Shown here: positions 1 through 64,000 of the stretch, in pieces | How the letters are laid out: every line of letters begins with the position of its first letter | How positions within the stretch are numbered: the first letter of the stretch is position 1 | NCBI RefSeq assembly: GCF_006345805.1 | Contig: NC_043002.1 | Coordinates: 88,164,001 to 88,228,000, forward strand | Length of the DNA stretch: 64,000 bases | Origin: Octopus sinensis | Lineage: Eukaryota | Reading direction: 5' to 3' | Program-made: the position numbers and the translations under genes | Notes under the pieces: model-generated | Database searches by the model: none | Seen by the model: only the letters and a program-made list of their open reading frames with translations | What the model was told of the DNA's origin: nothing

Positions 1-353
1 AACTCAGAACGTAGCGGCAGATGAAATACCGCTAAGCATTTCACCCGGCGTGCTAACGTTTCTGCGAGCTCACCATTTCTGCCAGCCTTGTCATATTCTG
101 TGTCATGCTGAATCTTCCTGAGAACTAGGTTAAGGGTGCATGTGTCTGTGGGGTGCTCAGCTACTTGCTTGTTAATTTCATGAGCAGATTGTTCTGTTGA
201 TCGGATCACCTGGAACCCTCATCATCATAACTGATAGAATGTCGGTGAATCATCAGAGAAAATAAGTGACTTTCTAGCTTGTATTATAACACTAGTATTA
301 ATTATACTAATACTGATAAACTTTGCTGCAACTATCATACTTTTTCCTGAAAG

Positions 354-369
354 ACAGGTTATATGAAAG
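354..369 (+). CDS. Candidate upstream micro-exon (TGYMK/E; alternative start 358)
   Basis: Consensus donor AAAG|GTAAGT at 370; pyrimidine tract tttttcctgaaag before 354. Phase-1 end fits exon 1131 (G|AG = Glu). An in-frame TGA at 348-350 limits its size. Confidence 0.4.
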
Positions 370-426
370 GTAAGTAAAAATTTTTAAAAAAGGATAAAAT
401 TCTATGTTGAGGATGAATCTACAACT

Positions 427-458
<32 letters not shown>

Positions 459-1130
459 TGTTTTATTTATTTCAATCATTAAACTGTGGCCACACTGTGG
501 CACTGCCTTTAAAAAATTTTTGTCAAATAAATTGACCTCAGTACTTTTTTTAAACCTGATACTTAATCTATCAGACTCTTTTACCAAACTGCTGAGTTAC
601 AAGGACATAAACACACCAACACTGGTTGTCAAGTGGTGGTGATGGACAAATACAAACACAAATATACTCACACACACACACACATGGGATTTTTTCAGTT
701 TCCATCTACCAAATCCACTCACAAGATTTTGGTCAGCCAAAGGCCATGGTAGAAGACATTTGCCCAAAGTGCCACACAGTGAGACTGAACCCAAAAACAT
801 GTGGTTGGAAAGTAAACTTCTTACCACACAGCTATGCCTGGCCTGCATCTATTTTGTTATCTACATTGTTGAAGCACTTAATTACCAAGGTAATATTCCA
901 TAGAGAAAAGTTTGCAGTTTATTCAATTTCTGTAGTACTGGTATCAGGATTGTTTTTAGTTACTATACCCAGTTCATTTTGGGTGGCATTTATAAGTCTA
1001 AGTATGGACTGCTATGACTTGATAACAAGTGTTTACTGTAACTATGTAGTATGACTATCATCCTCAAGATTTGCTTCAAATTGTATTTATGATAAAATGA
1101 AAGTAAAAACATTTTCATGTTTGCTTTCAG

Positions 1131-62362
<61,232 letters not shown>

Positions 62363-62896
62363 GTAAGGAGGGTCTCTTTTGTAACTACAGTAGTTTCTAA
62401 AATCTAATCATTTCTTTCCACAGCTCATCTAATCCATACAGCTATTCTGTTCTTATACCATTGAGAGGTTAAGAAATATGGGTACAAGTCATGGTTGTTG
62501 TAGTTTAAGACAACCACATGGTTGTAGGTTCAATCTCACAATATGGCAATCTCATTCCTTTAAACTCAAAATTACCTTTATCATATGAGTGGAATTTGAT
62601 AGCAGCAAATTATGTGTAAGATCATTTCATATATCATCATCATCATTATCATCATCATCATTGCCATCATCATCAGCATCATTCAATGTCTACCTTCCGC
62701 ACTAAAATGGATTGAACAATTTGACAAGATCCAGTGAGTCAGAAACCGCATTGAGCTCCAATGTCTGCTTTTTTCCATGACATTACCATATATGTACTAT
62801 ATATGCATGTATGCATATATCGTAAGTATATAATAGTGTCATGGAAAAAGCAGATTGCACTGAATCCACTTATGTACATTTATACATACATACATG

Positions 62897-62945
<49 letters not shown>

Positions 62946-63610
62946 GGATGCAGTGTAATTATATGATTAAAAAAGTCACTTCACAACCTGAGTGCTCCCA
63001 GGTTCAATCTCACTCCATGGCCTCATGGGTAAATATTTTTTTATAGCCTCAAATTGGCCCATACATTGTGAGAGAAATTGCATAGACGAAAACTGTGCTG
63101 AAGCCAGTTGCATGGGCTGTATTTGTAATTCAGAGGTCTAGCCTTGTCACCCTGTCATACTAAATAAGCAGAGAATTCAATTCAAGGTATATCTGTGGAA
63201 TACTCAGTCACTTACTGCTAATTCAATGAACTGGTCATTCATTTGGTCAAACAACTGGATCCTCATTATTGAAACCAATTTATTTTATTCTACTTGTCTT
63301 GGCTTTCCTTGAGGCCTGAACTCCTTGCTTCAGTATTAAGGATGCCTTCATGATATATGGCTTGTCTTCGGTATAGTTTTAGCACTGGCAAAGCCCATCC
63401 ACTGTTAATTTCTTCAAGAAAGATAGACAGAACAGAAAGAAAATGAAGGAGAGAGAAAGAGAAGAATCTCCCCAACTGAGGTTTTATTTATCGGCCCCCC
63501 AATATGCAAGGTAAAGTTTGTTTCAACAGGATTTTAACTCAACGTACAGAGAACTAGAATGATAACTACAACGCAATCTATCAGAAACTTTAATGAGTTC
63601 ATTTATATAT

Positions 63611-63815
63611 ACTCTTTACTCTTTTCAGTCATTTGACTGTGACCATGCTGGAGCACTGCCTATAGTCGAGCAAATCGACCCCAGGACTTATTCTTTGTAA
63701 GCCTAGTATTTATTCTATCGGTCTCTTTTGCTGAACCATTAAGTTACGGGGACGTAAACACAACAGCATCGGTTGTCAAGAGATGTTGGGGGGACAAACA
63801 CAGACACACAAACAT

Positions 63816-63874
<59 letters not shown>

Positions 63875-64000
63875 TACGACGGGCTTCTTTCAGTTTCCAT
63901 TTACCAAATCCACTCACAAGGCTTTGGTCGGCCTGAGGCTATAGTAGAAGACACTTGCCCAAGGTGCCATGCAATGGGACTGAACCCAGAACCATGTGGT
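63611..64000 (-). mobile_element. SINE family A (runs off window)
   Basis: Reverse copy. Confidence 0.85.

Overview
AT-rich, microsatellite-dense animal genomic DNA. The SINE/LINE families point to an octopus (inference). The whole window lies inside one + strand, intron-rich gene that the ORF track mostly misses. I reconstructed 15 internal exons (1131 to 62362; 2291 nt, 763 codons) with GT-AG sites, all 14 junctions phase-compatible and no stops. The product has about four RGS-like domains, consistent with the RGS22/RGSL multi-RGS family; both gene ends are outside the window. The introns hold tRNA-headed SINEs (three or more families), RTE, CR1, HERO-type and Penelope-type retroelement relics, mariner/Tc1 relics, piggyBac-type TTAA MITEs, two GG...CC MITE families with 8-bp TSDs (one carrying telomere-like CCCTAA repeats), two non-autonomous Helitron families, and many long palindromes or inverted repeats. 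The most unusual observations concern splicing: a tandemly triplicated 5' splice site (55333/55368/55404), a triplicated 3' splice site (61690/62133/62171) in which the non-productive copies look as strong as or stronger than the productive one, and a candidate 10-nt microexon that is in frame only with an alternative upstream acceptor. I found no evidence for CRISPR, rRNA or true tRNA genes. Repeat boundaries are approximate unless TSDs are quoted.
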